Shown in pieces: positions 34,799 through 44,682 of a DNA stretch of 64,000 nt. Position numbers and translations under genes: made by a program. The notes below the pieces were generated by a model, which worked only from the letters and a program-made list of their open reading frames with translations, was not told the origin of the DNA and ran no database searches. The DNA is from a virus. Positions within the stretch are counted from its first letter, which is position 1; each line of letters starts with the position of its first letter. Location: positions 9,949 to 73,948 of the IMG/VR virus record IMGVR_UViG_3300009157_000002, one strand, 5' to 3'.

Positions 34799-37187
34799 TG
34801 TTCCAGTTAGTAGATTTATTGCACACATATCGCATTTGAGTGGTCTTTGCAGCCGATTCAGAGGTGTTAATTGGCTTAAGGTGTGAGAAGCAAATGGAAG
34901 CGATATATGCGTATGTAATAGAGTCGATCACATCATCGAAATAATACTTGGGATCATCAACCTTAAATACCTCAATTCCGCTCTGTGTAGTTTTACGGAC
35001 AAATGTTTTTAGCTGAATAAAAAACTCATTAACACGAATATTGCCAGCGTGCATTTCCATAAGCTCCAGTAGCTTATTTGTTATATACCGGGAGGTTCCG
35101 GCCTTTTTACCGATCCCAATAGGTTCGGCACTATTCATTTGCAGATAATCAGGGAGCATAGTCTGAGGGATAAGTGTATTATAAAGCCCAAGCTCATCCA
35201 CCATATTTATATATTCTCCACCAACGTTAAACTCTGGTAGTTCTTGAGGATGTCCGTAATAAACTCCGAGTAAAACAGATTGCAGATAATCATACCTGTA
35301 ATCGTGTGTACGGTGATTAAGACATGCGGAAACAGTGTTTTCTTTAGCATCCCATATAGCACTGGAAAACTTAGAGTGCCCACTTTTCGCAAAAATAGGA
35401 TCCGTACCTTTATAGTAACGATTCAACCATTTTTGTTCCGGATGATTAACAATTACGGTAGTGGTACGATCATCAATATCGGAAGTAGGAATAAAATTAG
35501 CACCTCTTATCCGGAAGGGCACATATCCGGTAAGCTTAACACTGGTATCGTAGATTGGCTCAAAGTATCCGTACTGCGGCTTCTGTTTAACAGGAAGTAA
35601 ATTGATACGTTTTATATGATCATTAAGAGTGTCAAGGGGGATAATGGTTTCTGCATTTCTTAAAAACATATCCTCAATGGTAATGGGATGATGCTGGTGA
35701 AACTGAACCTTAAATTTTATCTGGCCGCTGATTTTCCACTTCTCATAGTAAATCGCTTTTTGTTCATCGTAGTATTCCTGGGTTACACCGGGTCGGGCAA
35801 AAAAATCAAAGAACACGGGCACCACGCCGCTACTAAACTTCCGTTCGCTCCACATATTAAGCGCGGCACGAAATTCCGTTTCAAAAGCGTCTCCGCCTTT
35901 TTCCATATCGCCACCAGTACCCCAGCCGATTAACTGACGAACTAATTTTAACCTTTTAAGCTCATAATCGTAAGCGTATAAAGTTGGCAGTACTTCATTG
36001 ATCATACTGGAGAGATTGTTGATCATACCTACCTCATCGAGCAATACCATTGTTGGTGAACCACCATTTATCTCAATCTCGTTGGGAACTCCAACCAATA
36101 TCCTGCTATCGGCTCCACCTCTGGTTCCTTTTTTACCATCTATCTTTCGGGAAATTTTAAATAATCCATCCCTGTCATTACTTACCGAACACTTGATCCA
36201 GTCAGGCAACGAGTAAAAAGAGAATTTAATCTTATCCTCAAAAATTTCCTCTCCCTTCTTTTTATCGTGTGTAATAAATTTAATAAAATGTGACCGATGG
36301 AAATTTGTTTTTTTGATCATAATGGCACCCATCGTAGTGGTAAAAAAGATCTGGCGACCTTTCCCGATCATTAAATTATACCCCGAATCGGTTAGGAATA
36401 AAAGTACCTGTTGCGCATCGTAAGCGATATACTTCCGGGAACCACCTGTAGATTTATCATCTTTAAAGCGCACATATTTATCAAGAAAATAAAGTGTGTT
36501 TTGCTGAATCCTGTTTTTTTCGCGCACCACGAATTCCCAACGTTCATCCCTGGTTTTACAATTTTCATAAAGATCATTTTTCGCGATCCATATTTTAGAC
36601 TGGAGCACATACTTGTTAAATCTTTCGTATGGAATCCGATTTAAAAAGCCTGAATTGATCGAATCAATCCAGCGTATAAATTCATCCGGATAGTTTTTTT
36701 CTTCAATCGGCAAGGGCATCCATTCGCGACTATCAATCTCATCCTTTTCGACTAGCTTGGCAAGTTCTTTCTTTCGTTCCTTTTCCCTTTTATAAAGCTC
36801 CTTTGTAACATCATCAATGCTTTTTATGATCTTGCCATTATTAAGCTTAACCCTTTGTTTGGATTCTTTGATAAATCCAGCATCAATAAGTTCCATTTTT
36901 TTTTGTGATCCTATCTCATAACCTGCCGAATAGAGATCGAATAACCAGGTTAACCGCTCTTCATTAACCAAAGGCTGTGCTGCCTGAACCCTGATACCCG
37001 GATCAACAGTAGATATAACCGGCAGGTAGTTTTCACGGACACCGCTTTTATATTTTAGTACAGATTCCTCATCATACTCATAGCGCCCATCTGCCTGTAA
37101 AGTACCACCAATATAACCTGTGGCATAAAGATTATAAAGCTTAACCCTGTCAATTCCTAGAATAGCACGAACTTCTTTTGCTTTCAT
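34767..37187 (-). CDS. terL: Terminase large subunit with N-terminal MerR-like HTH
   Basis: Walker A-like GKGRQIFFTT, Walker B VLLDEVG, coupling motif WGTGG, nuclease GTDP and DDVIDS; next to portal. Confidence 0.85.
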   Translation of the reverse strand: MKAKEVRAILGIDRVKLYNLYATGYIGGTLQADGRYEYDEESVLKYKSGVRENYLPVISTVDPGIRVQAAQPLVNEERLTWLFDLYSAGYEIGSQKKMELIDAGFIKESKQRVKLNNGKIIKSIDDVTKELYKREKERKKELAKLVEKDEIDSREWMPLPIEEKNYPDEFIRWIDSINSGFLNRIPYERFNKYVLQSKIWIAKNDLYENCKTRDERWEFVVREKNRIQQNTLYFLDKYVRFKDDKSTGGSRKYIAYDAQQVLLFLTDSGYNLMIGKGRQIFFTTTMGAIMIKKTNFHRSHFIKFITHDKKKGEEIFEDKIKFSFYSLPDWIKCSVSNDRDGLFKISRKIDGKKGTRGGADSRILVGVPNEIEINGGSPTMVLLDEVGMINNLSSMINEVLPTLYAYDYELKRLKLVRQLIGWGTGGDMEKGGDAFETEFRAALNMWSERKFSSGVVPVFFDFFARPGVTQEYYDEQKAIYYEKWKISGQIKFKVQFHQHHPITIEDMFLRNAETIIPLDTLNDHIKRINLLPVKQKPQYGYFEPIYDTSVKLTGYVPFRIRGANFIPTSDIDDRTTTVIVNHPEQKWLNRYYKGTDPIFAKSGHSKFSSAIWDAKENTVSACLNHRTHDYRYDYLQSVLLGVYYGHPQELPEFNVGGEYINMVDELGLYNTLIPQTMLPDYLQMNSAEPIGIGKKAGTSRYITNKLLELMEMHAGNIRVNEFFIQLKTFVRKTTQSGIEVFKVDDPKYYFDDVIDSITYAYIASICFSHLKPINTSESAAKTTQMRYVCNKSTNWNTILVPVEVLR

Positions 37188-37248
37188 TATTTCTATTTAA
37201 CAATCGATTATAAGCTCAAAAACAGATATTTAATATAACAAAAATAAC

Positions 37249-37310
37249 TTATTTAGAATGATTCTAAATAAGGAATTTTTAATTATATTTGTTTTCTAGT
37301 ATTCTAAATA
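37249..37310. promoter_or_regulatory. 23-bp operator (copy 4) plus degenerate half copy in the terL/head divergent promoter
   Basis: Box 37249-37271; TATATTTG 37284-37291; reverse -7 at 37239-37246; ATTCTAAATA half site ending at 37310. Confidence 0.8.
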
Positions 37311-37364
37311 CTCTTTTTTGATTGGGAAATAGGGAGAAAACCATAAACCTAAAACAACTACAGC

Positions 37365-38114
37365 ATGCACTACTATAAACCAGCGAACCTACTAGGCTCC
37401 GTCGTTTACAATCCCCTTTTAGTAAGCGGGGGAGATGTATCCATATCAAAAGGAAGAATATTTTTTGGTGGTCTGCCAGATGGGATTAAACTCTCTGATA
37501 TAAAAAGTTATACAAGGACTGTTTATGCTGCGGGTACGCAAGAGGTAAGAACCTTGGATTTAACAGGTATAGCCGTAGCCAACAGCACTCAGTACAGAAT
37601 TATCATACAACGATTAGATACAGGGGAAAGAAAAACCTACCTTATTTTTACAGAGCCTTCCGGAAATACCGCTTCAACCATAGCTGAACAGATAAGACTT
37701 GCGATCAACAACGATCCAAGCAGAATTGCAACCGCTACGGGAGCAACAGATGTCGTAATACTAACAGAAATAAACACCGATACAAAGGGATTTATTTTTA
37801 CAGAAATCCCAATTGGGGCTACTGACGTAGATACCACTCCGCATGTTGAGCCAAGCGGTACATATCCAGAAGCTTTTGCTTATGACCCTATCAATTCCGT
37901 TCCGGCAGGACAATACACCAAGTATACCATCGTGTATAAAAAAGATGTAAACAATGCAGGGAATTCAGGAGGCGGATACGCATGGGTAGTAGCTGTTATT
38001 TTCGCAGACGAGGGAGATGCTAACTATGGCGATTTTGATGATGCTTTAACAGCTATTGTAACCGCATCCGGTGTTACCGATGCAGTAGCAGAGCCTTACG
38101 TACAGATCGCGTAA
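37365..38114 (+). CDS. Putative structural protein (auxiliary capsid-like)
   Basis: T/A/G-rich beta protein, first gene of the head operon, followed by a terminator-like hairpin. Confidence 0.55.
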   Translation: MHYYKPANLLGSVVYNPLLVSGGDVSISKGRIFFGGLPDGIKLSDIKSYTRTVYAAGTQEVRTLDLTGIAVANSTQYRIIIQRLDTGERKTYLIFTEPSGNTASTIAEQIRLAINNDPSRIATATGATDVVILTEINTDTKGFIFTEIPIGATDVDTTPHVEPSGTYPEAFAYDPINSVPAGQYTKYTIVYKKDVNNAGNSGGGYAWVVAVIFADEGDANYGDFDDALTAIVTASGVTDAVAEPYVQIA

Positions 38115-38123
38115 TAAAAAAAT

Positions 38124-38162
38124 AAAGACGTACCCTGCTTGAATGCGGGGTGCGTCTTTTTA
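38124..38162 (+). terminator. Intrinsic terminator
   Basis: AAAGACGTACCC..GGGGTGCGTCTTT followed by Ts. Confidence 0.6.
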
Positions 38163-38168
38163 CTATAT

Positions 38169-38726
38169 ATGGGAAAAGTCTATCTATTTAGGCCGCGTAA
38201 CCAACACTCTTTGTTGACCGACTATCCGGAACTTAAAGGGATTAAGGAGTTTAGGCTTTCGTCTAAACAGATGGCATTTGTTAATCTATATGCTAATCCA
38301 ACAAGCGAGTATAATGATGTTAAGCCAGAAAGAACACGACTGGAAAAATGTATAAAGAAAGCTTTTGGAAATTCACTTCCAGAGAACGAAAAAGCAAAGT
38401 ACTTGGTTGGCGAATTCCCTTCGTACATCATATCGGCTATCAATAAGATGAAGAGTTTTAACCCTGATGCCAGGTTTAGATCCAGAGCCATTATCAATAA
38501 AGTGTTTGATAAGCTGGAAGGACTCGTTGATATGGAGGATGAGGAAATGAAAAAATTGCAGATTGAGGATAAAAAAAGATATGCCGAACTCTTAATAAAA
38601 ATAGCCGAAGGGCAACAAGGATTAATAAGTCAACTCGAAGGTGGTTATGGAATAACAGAGGACGAAGACAATGGCCCTGGTGATGGGTCTGCAATGATGG
38701 AACAGGCACTAGAGCAAGAGATATGA
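38169..38726 (+). CDS. Conserved packaging-region protein upstream of portal
   Basis: FVNLYANPTSEY motif; start MGKV; ATGA-coupled to portal. Confidence 0.6.
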   Translation: MGKVYLFRPRNQHSLLTDYPELKGIKEFRLSSKQMAFVNLYANPTSEYNDVKPERTRLEKCIKKAFGNSLPENEKAKYLVGEFPSYIISAINKMKSFNPDARFRSRAIINKVFDKLEGLVDMEDEEMKKLQIEDKKRYAELLIKIAEGQQGLISQLEGGYGITEDEDNGPGDGSAMMEQALEQEI

Positions 38727-40957
38727 ACACGAACCTGATAGATCAAACGATTAGGCCAAATCGTCTTGAGACAAAAGACAAGGGTAAGGAATACCACGCC
38801 CAATATGGCAGGTGGGGTGTGGCTTCTGCGATTAACCATCCGCTTCATCGTGCTTTTGTTATAAACACTATTATATACTGGCGCTTTTATTCTAACGACC
38901 AATGGATACTTGATGATGATCTGGAAGGATTTTTATCTGACGAAACCGGGTTTGCCAGAAACCGCTTAAAGCTACGGGAAAACATTATCATGCCGATGGT
39001 TAACCAATTTGAAGGTAATGCCATACGTCTTGATTTTAATGCCAAGGCTGTAAACGTATCACCCTATGTAATTAACAGGCGTGAGAACCAGCTTAGGGAA
39101 AAATTGATGATGAATGATGTCGCGGAGGCGGCACCTTCAATGAAAGAGCACATAAAAAACAAATACGGTATCGGTGATACCAAGGCTGAAACAGAACAGC
39201 TATTTAACCATTCCTTTGTTGATGAGCACACCCGCGATATCAATGAACTTTTAGTATGGTCTAAAGGCCGGAATAATTTCGAAGACAACCTGACAAGAAT
39301 TGCCACACACATGGCAATCAGCGGAATCGGTATACATAAAGGCTATGAGCAGGCAGGAGAACAACAGTGGGAGGTAACGGATTCCCTCTTTTATTTTTTT
39401 GATCGCGGCGCAAAAAGACCGGACCTGAAAGATGCAGGGTATATGGGAGAACTACTTTTTGGAAACCCGGCAGAGGTGTTTGAAAAATATCAGGACTTAA
39501 CACATGATGAACGCAAAAGGATTGAAAACTATTGCATAAACAATTATGATCACATCGGGTACCTCTGGCACTTGTTTATGGCAAACAAAGATAGGGTTCC
39601 TATGTACGAAATATACTGGAAAGATATTGAACGACAAGAATATGGATATGTGATGGATGATTACGGGTATGAGTTTTTTACGCAGATCAACGCAGAAGGA
39701 ATAAAATATACTGATAAAGATCTGATCATACCCAAAGGCGAAAATTATAAAAAGGTTCTTGGCAAAAAAAACAAAACAAAAAAAACAGTAAAGTTTGTTG
39801 ACGTGCTAAGATTTTGTGTTTTTACGCCATCCGAAATTATTGGCGGGGCAACCGGAGAAGATATTGTTTATGACTATGGTATTGCAAGATATCAGGAAAC
39901 CTATAATCTGGACCCATCGTTAGTTGAATATCCATATAAAGCAAGATGTGTGCATTACCATAATGGGGAAATATTAAGTCCGATACAAAATGTAATAGAT
40001 CCACAACGGATGCTAAACCGTACCCTGTCAGTACTTGATAGTCACATGAATAATGCGATGGGTTTCGGGCCTATTATAGATACCAGTGTAGTGAGTGCCC
40101 AGGGTGCGCAAAATGAAGTGATCCGGAACATGAATTTAAGCAAGCCTGTATTTGTTGACGCTAAACGCGGAGGTGTGCAAAACATGACGGGGAACTACGG
40201 CTCTAACGCAAGTCAGCAAATGGGAGCATTTATGCAAATGGCCCAACTAATGCGAACCGTTGCACAAAATACAAGTGGTGTAAATGAATCCATGCAAGGC
40301 ACAGCCGGCGGCTCCAATAAGCTTGTAGGAGTTGAACAGCTTAAAATAGACAGGGGCTCTTTACAACAGGAGGGCTTTTATTATTGCCTTAACAATATTA
40401 TGCTACAAACATTTCAGTCAGTAGCTACCCAGGGAAAACGTATTTATGCGGATAGCCCGCGAAGGCTGTCAATGATTGTTGGAGATGTTGGAGCTAAAGA
40501 GATTCGCATTACCAAGGAAATGAACAACGAAGATTTCCGGGTATTCGTTAAGAAATCTATTCCAGATAATGAGGAAAAGATGCAGGTAAACGCTTTAATC
40601 TTGCAGCTTAAACAATTTGACCTGATCGGCGAAAAACAAGCAGCGGATTTATTTAATCGTGGCGACATGGAATTGGTTGCGGAGAAAATGCGTGAGTACT
40701 TTAATGAGAAACAAATCGCTGCCGTTCTGGAATCTAAAAAAGCAGAGGCGCAAAATCAGGAAGTTATGGCTGCTGCATCACAGGATAGTGAGCAGGCTAA
40801 AATCGAAATGGAAGAACAAAAACGTTATCAGGAATATTTAATAAACAAAGAAGCCGAGAATAAAGATCAAAATCAAATGGTTAAGGATGCCGGGAAGCTA
40901 CAGCAGATTGCAAAAAAGCAAGAAGGAGAAATGCTGAACAATCAGTTTAAAGTGTAA
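38723..40957 (+). CDS. Portal protein (P22/crAss-type)
   Basis: 744 aa; ENIIMPMVNQFEG, TSGVNESMQG; C-terminal Q/E coiled-coil barrel; synteny. Confidence 0.85.
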   Translation: MNTNLIDQTIRPNRLETKDKGKEYHAQYGRWGVASAINHPLHRAFVINTIIYWRFYSNDQWILDDDLEGFLSDETGFARNRLKLRENIIMPMVNQFEGNAIRLDFNAKAVNVSPYVINRRENQLREKLMMNDVAEAAPSMKEHIKNKYGIGDTKAETEQLFNHSFVDEHTRDINELLVWSKGRNNFEDNLTRIATHMAISGIGIHKGYEQAGEQQWEVTDSLFYFFDRGAKRPDLKDAGYMGELLFGNPAEVFEKYQDLTHDERKRIENYCINNYDHIGYLWHLFMANKDRVPMYEIYWKDIERQEYGYVMDDYGYEFFTQINAEGIKYTDKDLIIPKGENYKKVLGKKNKTKKTVKFVDVLRFCVFTPSEIIGGATGEDIVYDYGIARYQETYNLDPSLVEYPYKARCVHYHNGEILSPIQNVIDPQRMLNRTLSVLDSHMNNAMGFGPIIDTSVVSAQGAQNEVIRNMNLSKPVFVDAKRGGVQNMTGNYGSNASQQMGAFMQMAQLMRTVAQNTSGVNESMQGTAGGSNKLVGVEQLKIDRGSLQQEGFYYCLNNIMLQTFQSVATQGKRIYADSPRRLSMIVGDVGAKEIRITKEMNNEDFRVFVKKSIPDNEEKMQVNALILQLKQFDLIGEKQAADLFNRGDMELVAEKMREYFNEKQIAAVLESKKAEAQNQEVMAAASQDSEQAKIEMEEQKRYQEYLINKEAENKDQNQMVKDAGKLQQIAKKQEGEMLNNQFKV

Positions 40958-40974
40958 ACTAAAAAATAATTACC

Positions 40975-41172
40975 ATGATGAAAGTACTGATCATTATACT
41001 CGAATGGATTAAAGCACATCCTGAAATAGTTACTACTCAATTAGCTGTTCTTTGGGAGATTATATTTCGGGTAAAGCCCACAGAAAAAGACTGGTCAATT
41101 ATTAACCTAATCAAAAGAATTTTAGATAAAATTTTCAAGAATAAAAAAACTATAGGCGGATGTCACCTTTAA
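40975..41172 (+). CDS. Putative holin-like small protein
   Basis: 65 aa, amphipathic/hydrophobic, directly before the endolysin. Confidence 0.5.
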   Translation: MMKVLIIILEWIKAHPEIVTTQLAVLWEIIFRVKPTEKDWSIINLIKRILDKIFKNKKTIGGCHL

Positions 41173-41525
41173 AGAGTATTAGGGAAAGACAATCAGTATT
41201 CGTGCTTAATATTGCATTACTTATTCAACATACCTACTCAATAGGTTACGAACTTACTTTTGGGGAGGCGCTAAGAACACCAGAACAACAAGCTATTTAT
41301 ATAAAAAACGGCAGATCAAAAACAATAAACAGTAAGCACCTTACCAGACTAGCAATTGATTTAAACCTATTTAAAGATGGGGTGTATCTTACAGCTACCG
41401 AAGATTACAGACTACTTGGCGATTACTGGAAAAACCTAAACCAGGAGAATGTTTGGGGTGGAGACTTTGGCGATGGAAATCATTTTCAAATGACTAAAAT
41501 AGAAATGAAAGTTACAGCGGCTTAA
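41160..41525 (+). CDS. Endolysin, peptidase M15 family
   Basis: GEALRTPEQQ, SKHLTRLAIDL and WGGDF.DGNHF motifs. Confidence 0.88.
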   Translation: MSPLKSIRERQSVFVLNIALLIQHTYSIGYELTFGEALRTPEQQAIYIKNGRSKTINSKHLTRLAIDLNLFKDGVYLTATEDYRLLGDYWKNLNQENVWGGDFGDGNHFQMTKIEMKVTAA

Positions 41526-41772
41526 TTGACAAGCCGTATTCCATTACATTTTTTATAAATGCAGTAACTTCGGAAAGGCATTTCAATAGATACTCTTTTG
41601 TTAATTTATCCTTTTTTACTCGATTAACGTAAGCCTCAAAAATCATAAATTCTATATCAGTACAATGCTCAGTAATAGTAAACCAGCCAAAAGTATTTTC
41701 CTCGTGTGTATAATCATCTAAATGAAAAAATTGTTGTTTTTCATTAAACTCTAATCTGTAAGTTGGTTCCAT
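41512..41772 (-). CDS. Hypothetical moron protein
   Basis: LEFNEKQQFFH; co-transcribed with the XRE gene. Confidence 0.6.
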   Translation of the reverse strand: MEPTYRLEFNEKQQFFHLDDYTHEENTFGWFTITEHCTDIEFMIFEAYVNRVKKDKLTKEYLLKCLSEVTAFIKNVMEYGLSIKPL

Positions 41773-41774
41773 TT

Positions 41775-42005
41775 TTAAAGTTTGGTGTTAAGAACTCTGG
41801 CAATATTTAATAAAGTGGAAAGCGTTGGATTGTAAGTGGGATCATTTTCGATGTGTTGAATAATTCTGGTAGAGGTATCAATATAAAAAGCAAGTTCAGA
41901 TTGCGACCATTTTCTTTTTTTCCTCACCTCCTTAACCAAGGGCCCGATCAACGCCATTCTCTCCATAAGAAATCCTTTTTTTTCTTCACGGGTCAATTGT
42001 TCCAT
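41775..42005 (-). CDS. XRE-family HTH protein
   Basis: VRKKRKWSQSELA..IQHIEND..NPTLSTLLNIARVL; start MEQLTR. Confidence 0.8.
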   Translation of the reverse strand: MEQLTREEKKGFLMERMALIGPLVKEVRKKRKWSQSELAFYIDTSTRIIQHIENDPTYNPTLSTLLNIARVLNTKL

Positions 42006-42009
42006 GTTT

Positions 42010-42038
42010 TTATTTAGTGATTCTAAATAACAAATATA
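42010..42038 (-). promoter_or_regulatory. 21-bp variant operator directly after a TATATTTG -7 box
   Basis: Minus strand reads TATATTTG-TTATTTAGAATCACTAAATAA-AAAC-ATG. Confidence 0.65.
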
Positions 42039-42134
42039 AAAATAAAATTTCAAAATGTGCGGTTTAAGGCGCGCTTTATATAGCGTTTTAAATACGATGT
42101 ATGGGATGTTCCTTTGTATAAAAGCAATAGCGCC

Positions 42135-43346
42135 ATGCCAGAAACAGCCGAGCAACAAGTAACAGCAGCAACTACCGAAACAGAAAATAAAGAGCCAATT
42201 ACTGCCGAAAATCAGCCACCGGTTCAAGAGGTTCAACAGATTCAGCAAGAACCTCTAACACCGCAAGGCCAGCAACTTGCAGAGCTGTTGAACTTTGTAA
42301 AAGCCAATCCGGAGGCAGCAAAAACACCCGAAGTAAAAGCCTTACTTGATGATCTGGAAAAATTTAAAGCTGCAAAAAATAAAACTAATGTCCAAACGGA
42401 TGCTGCAATTCCTTCTGAACCTCTTAAGCAAGAGGAAGCGCCACAAACAGAGCCAGAAGTTAAAAAACCAGAAATCAAATCTGCCTTTTTCGGGGCACCA
42501 GCCTCCAACAAAGTAGAATTTAAAACTCCGGAAGAATGGAAAGGCTACATCGACAAAAAATTTTCTATTAAAGACGAATCTACTTTTTTTGATTCTGTTG
42601 AAAAGTGGAGAAAAGACAGCCAGGAAAAAGGCGACCTGGAAAGAGACAAAAATAATTACGACAGGTTATTTGAAGAAATACCAGAGCCCATTTACAATGC
42701 AATAGAAAGCTGGGGCAAAGGAGAAGATTGGATCGATAAATTAAAAAAAACGATACCAAGTATTGACTATAACAAAGATTTTGAATCGCAAAGTATATAC
42801 GAAATAGTGAACAACTATTTCCCTGATAAATTTGAAAGGGAGGAACTATCAGGCTCCTACAAAGATTTCGACATTACCGTACAGAAAGCAGTAGACGTTG
42901 CAAAAGAGAAGTACAACTTTGAAAGACAGCAGTTCAGTAACAGACGTGCTGAGGTTCAGAAAAAAGCGGATGAGCAAATTCAGAAGCTTCGAAATTCTGC
43001 ACTCAGTTCCGTAAAAAAACTAGAACAATCATTTCCTGATTTTGACAAAAACGAGATCGCGCAGATCTCTAAAGTCCTAAACAGTGGTGACACAAGCAGC
43101 CTGATCCAGAACAAAGATGGAACCTACAAAGAAGATGCGGCGGAACGGGTTGCATATATGCTTTTCGGTAAAAGAGAGATCAGCAATTTGAAGCAGTTAA
43201 TGGGAGCTTCGCAGCAACAGTTACAAGATACTGTTACCAGAAAAAGTGACACCCCGCGTATTCACGGCAACCAGGACTCCACAATTACACCTGAGAAAAA
43301 AGCGGCGGAAAATCTTCAAAGGCTAGTCCCTAAAACCTACTACTAA
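42135..43346 (+). CDS. Capsid scaffolding protein
   Basis: Acidic/Q/P-rich N-terminus, helical body, immediately upstream of the major capsid gene. Confidence 0.7.
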   Translation: MPETAEQQVTAATTETENKEPITAENQPPVQEVQQIQQEPLTPQGQQLAELLNFVKANPEAAKTPEVKALLDDLEKFKAAKNKTNVQTDAAIPSEPLKQEEAPQTEPEVKKPEIKSAFFGAPASNKVEFKTPEEWKGYIDKKFSIKDESTFFDSVEKWRKDSQEKGDLERDKNNYDRLFEEIPEPIYNAIESWGKGEDWIDKLKKTIPSIDYNKDFESQSIYEIVNNYFPDKFEREELSGSYKDFDITVQKAVDVAKEKYNFERQQFSNRRAEVQKKADEQIQKLRNSALSSVKKLEQSFPDFDKNEIAQISKVLNSGDTSSLIQNKDGTYKEDAAERVAYMLFGKREISNLKQLMGASQQQLQDTVTRKSDTPRIHGNQDSTITPEKKAAENLQRLVPKTYY

Positions 43347-43364
43347 TCTTCTAAAAAATAACTA

Positions 43365-44618
43365 ATGTCACAAATATATACCCCCACCATACCCCCTTCC
43401 AATGCGTTAAGCAATATTGACTTAAACGCATTTGGCTCTAACTATGCAAGCTCCTATGGTCACAACGTAACCGGTCTAATCAGACGAGAAGTACAGCGTG
43501 TAATTTACGATGCCGCTCCCAAGGGATACTTTACGGATTTGCAACTTCTAATGCAAAAACCAAGAGAAAAATGGCCGACCGATGAAGCATATTATGACGA
43601 ACGCACCTTTGGGCGCAAGCCTATTGTTGCAACCGCTAACGTAGCAGGTGGAACTCAAACACAGGTAATTCCTGTTACTAACCTGAGCACCTCTGCTGTC
43701 TCTTTAAATTTTATTGTTGTTTATCCGAATAACCAAAAAGGAACGGTAATAGCAATTGATCAGACTCTTAATACGATCACCGTAAAAGCATATACCAATC
43801 AGGTACTACCTGCTGTAACGGCGACCGATGTTATTTCTCTTCAATCAAGTATGCTTGGCGACAGCAGAAACAGAATCGACACCTATTCACGTATTGACGT
43901 AATTGAACGTTACAACTTTATCCAACAATTTGCCCGTGCAACACGCTTCGGAAAAATGGAGTTGTATAAATACAAAAACGTAGGCACTACCAACTTCCTG
44001 GATGAAAACAAAAGGGATGTAATGGATCAGTACCGAATAGATCTTTCTAACTCTTGGTGGAACGGAGAACGCGGTGAAGCTATTATGGACGATGGTACCC
44101 CGACCAAAACAATGGGTGGAATATTTCCAAGCATGACAGCGGCAGGATCACCAAGCACGATCACTACTATTGCCACTATCGGAGATGCGATGGAAGATAT
44201 TGTTTTGGCAACTCAATTCGGAACATCTTCTCAGCGTAAATTCTTGTTTGCTACTCCTACACTTTTACACGGTTTATCCAAGTTTTATAAGAGCGCTCTT
44301 ACCCGTTACACTCCGAATGATATGATCGCTAAACTAGAGCTGAACCAAATAGAAATGCAAGGTGGTATCGTTGTTTTAGTTCCTATGCAACGCTTCCAGG
44401 AAATTTCCTGCTTCCCTGCATCATTCGCAAACAGAATGATCCTGGTTGATATGGAAAATATAAGCTGTGCTGAAACCTGGGGAGAAGACATTGTAGATGA
44501 GACTCCGGATATTTCTTCCGGAATCAATCAGAACACTTACAAAGACTTCTGGATCACAGGTCAGTTAAGTATGAAAATGCCTAACCCATTATCAAATGGA
44601 TGGATTGATGTAGTTTAA
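43365..44618 (+). CDS. Major capsid protein (HK97 fold, DUF5309/SU10-like)
   Basis: 417 aa; ERYNFIQQF, WWNGER, KTMGGI motifs; followed by a strong terminator. Confidence 0.85.
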   Translation: MSQIYTPTIPPSNALSNIDLNAFGSNYASSYGHNVTGLIRREVQRVIYDAAPKGYFTDLQLLMQKPREKWPTDEAYYDERTFGRKPIVATANVAGGTQTQVIPVTNLSTSAVSLNFIVVYPNNQKGTVIAIDQTLNTITVKAYTNQVLPAVTATDVISLQSSMLGDSRNRIDTYSRIDVIERYNFIQQFARATRFGKMELYKYKNVGTTNFLDENKRDVMDQYRIDLSNSWWNGERGEAIMDDGTPTKTMGGIFPSMTAAGSPSTITTIATIGDAMEDIVLATQFGTSSQRKFLFATPTLLHGLSKFYKSALTRYTPNDMIAKLELNQIEMQGGIVVLVPMQRFQEISCFPASFANRMILVDMENISCAETWGEDIVDETPDISSGINQNTYKDFWITGQLSMKMPNPLSNGWIDVV

Positions 44619-44629
44619 GTTTGATGGTT

Positions 44630-44661
44630 AAAAGGATTCCGTTAGGCCGGAATCCTTTTTT
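44630..44661 (+). terminator. Intrinsic terminator after the major capsid gene
   Basis: AAAAGGATTCCG-ttaggc-CGGAATCCTTTT. Confidence 0.8.
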
Positions 44662-44682
44662 ATAAATCTAAAAATAAATAGT

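Noticed and set aside
36900-37187. IS607 element
   Set aside because: Only the HTH resembles TnpA; there is no serine recombinase domain or TnpB, and it is in frame with the terminase.
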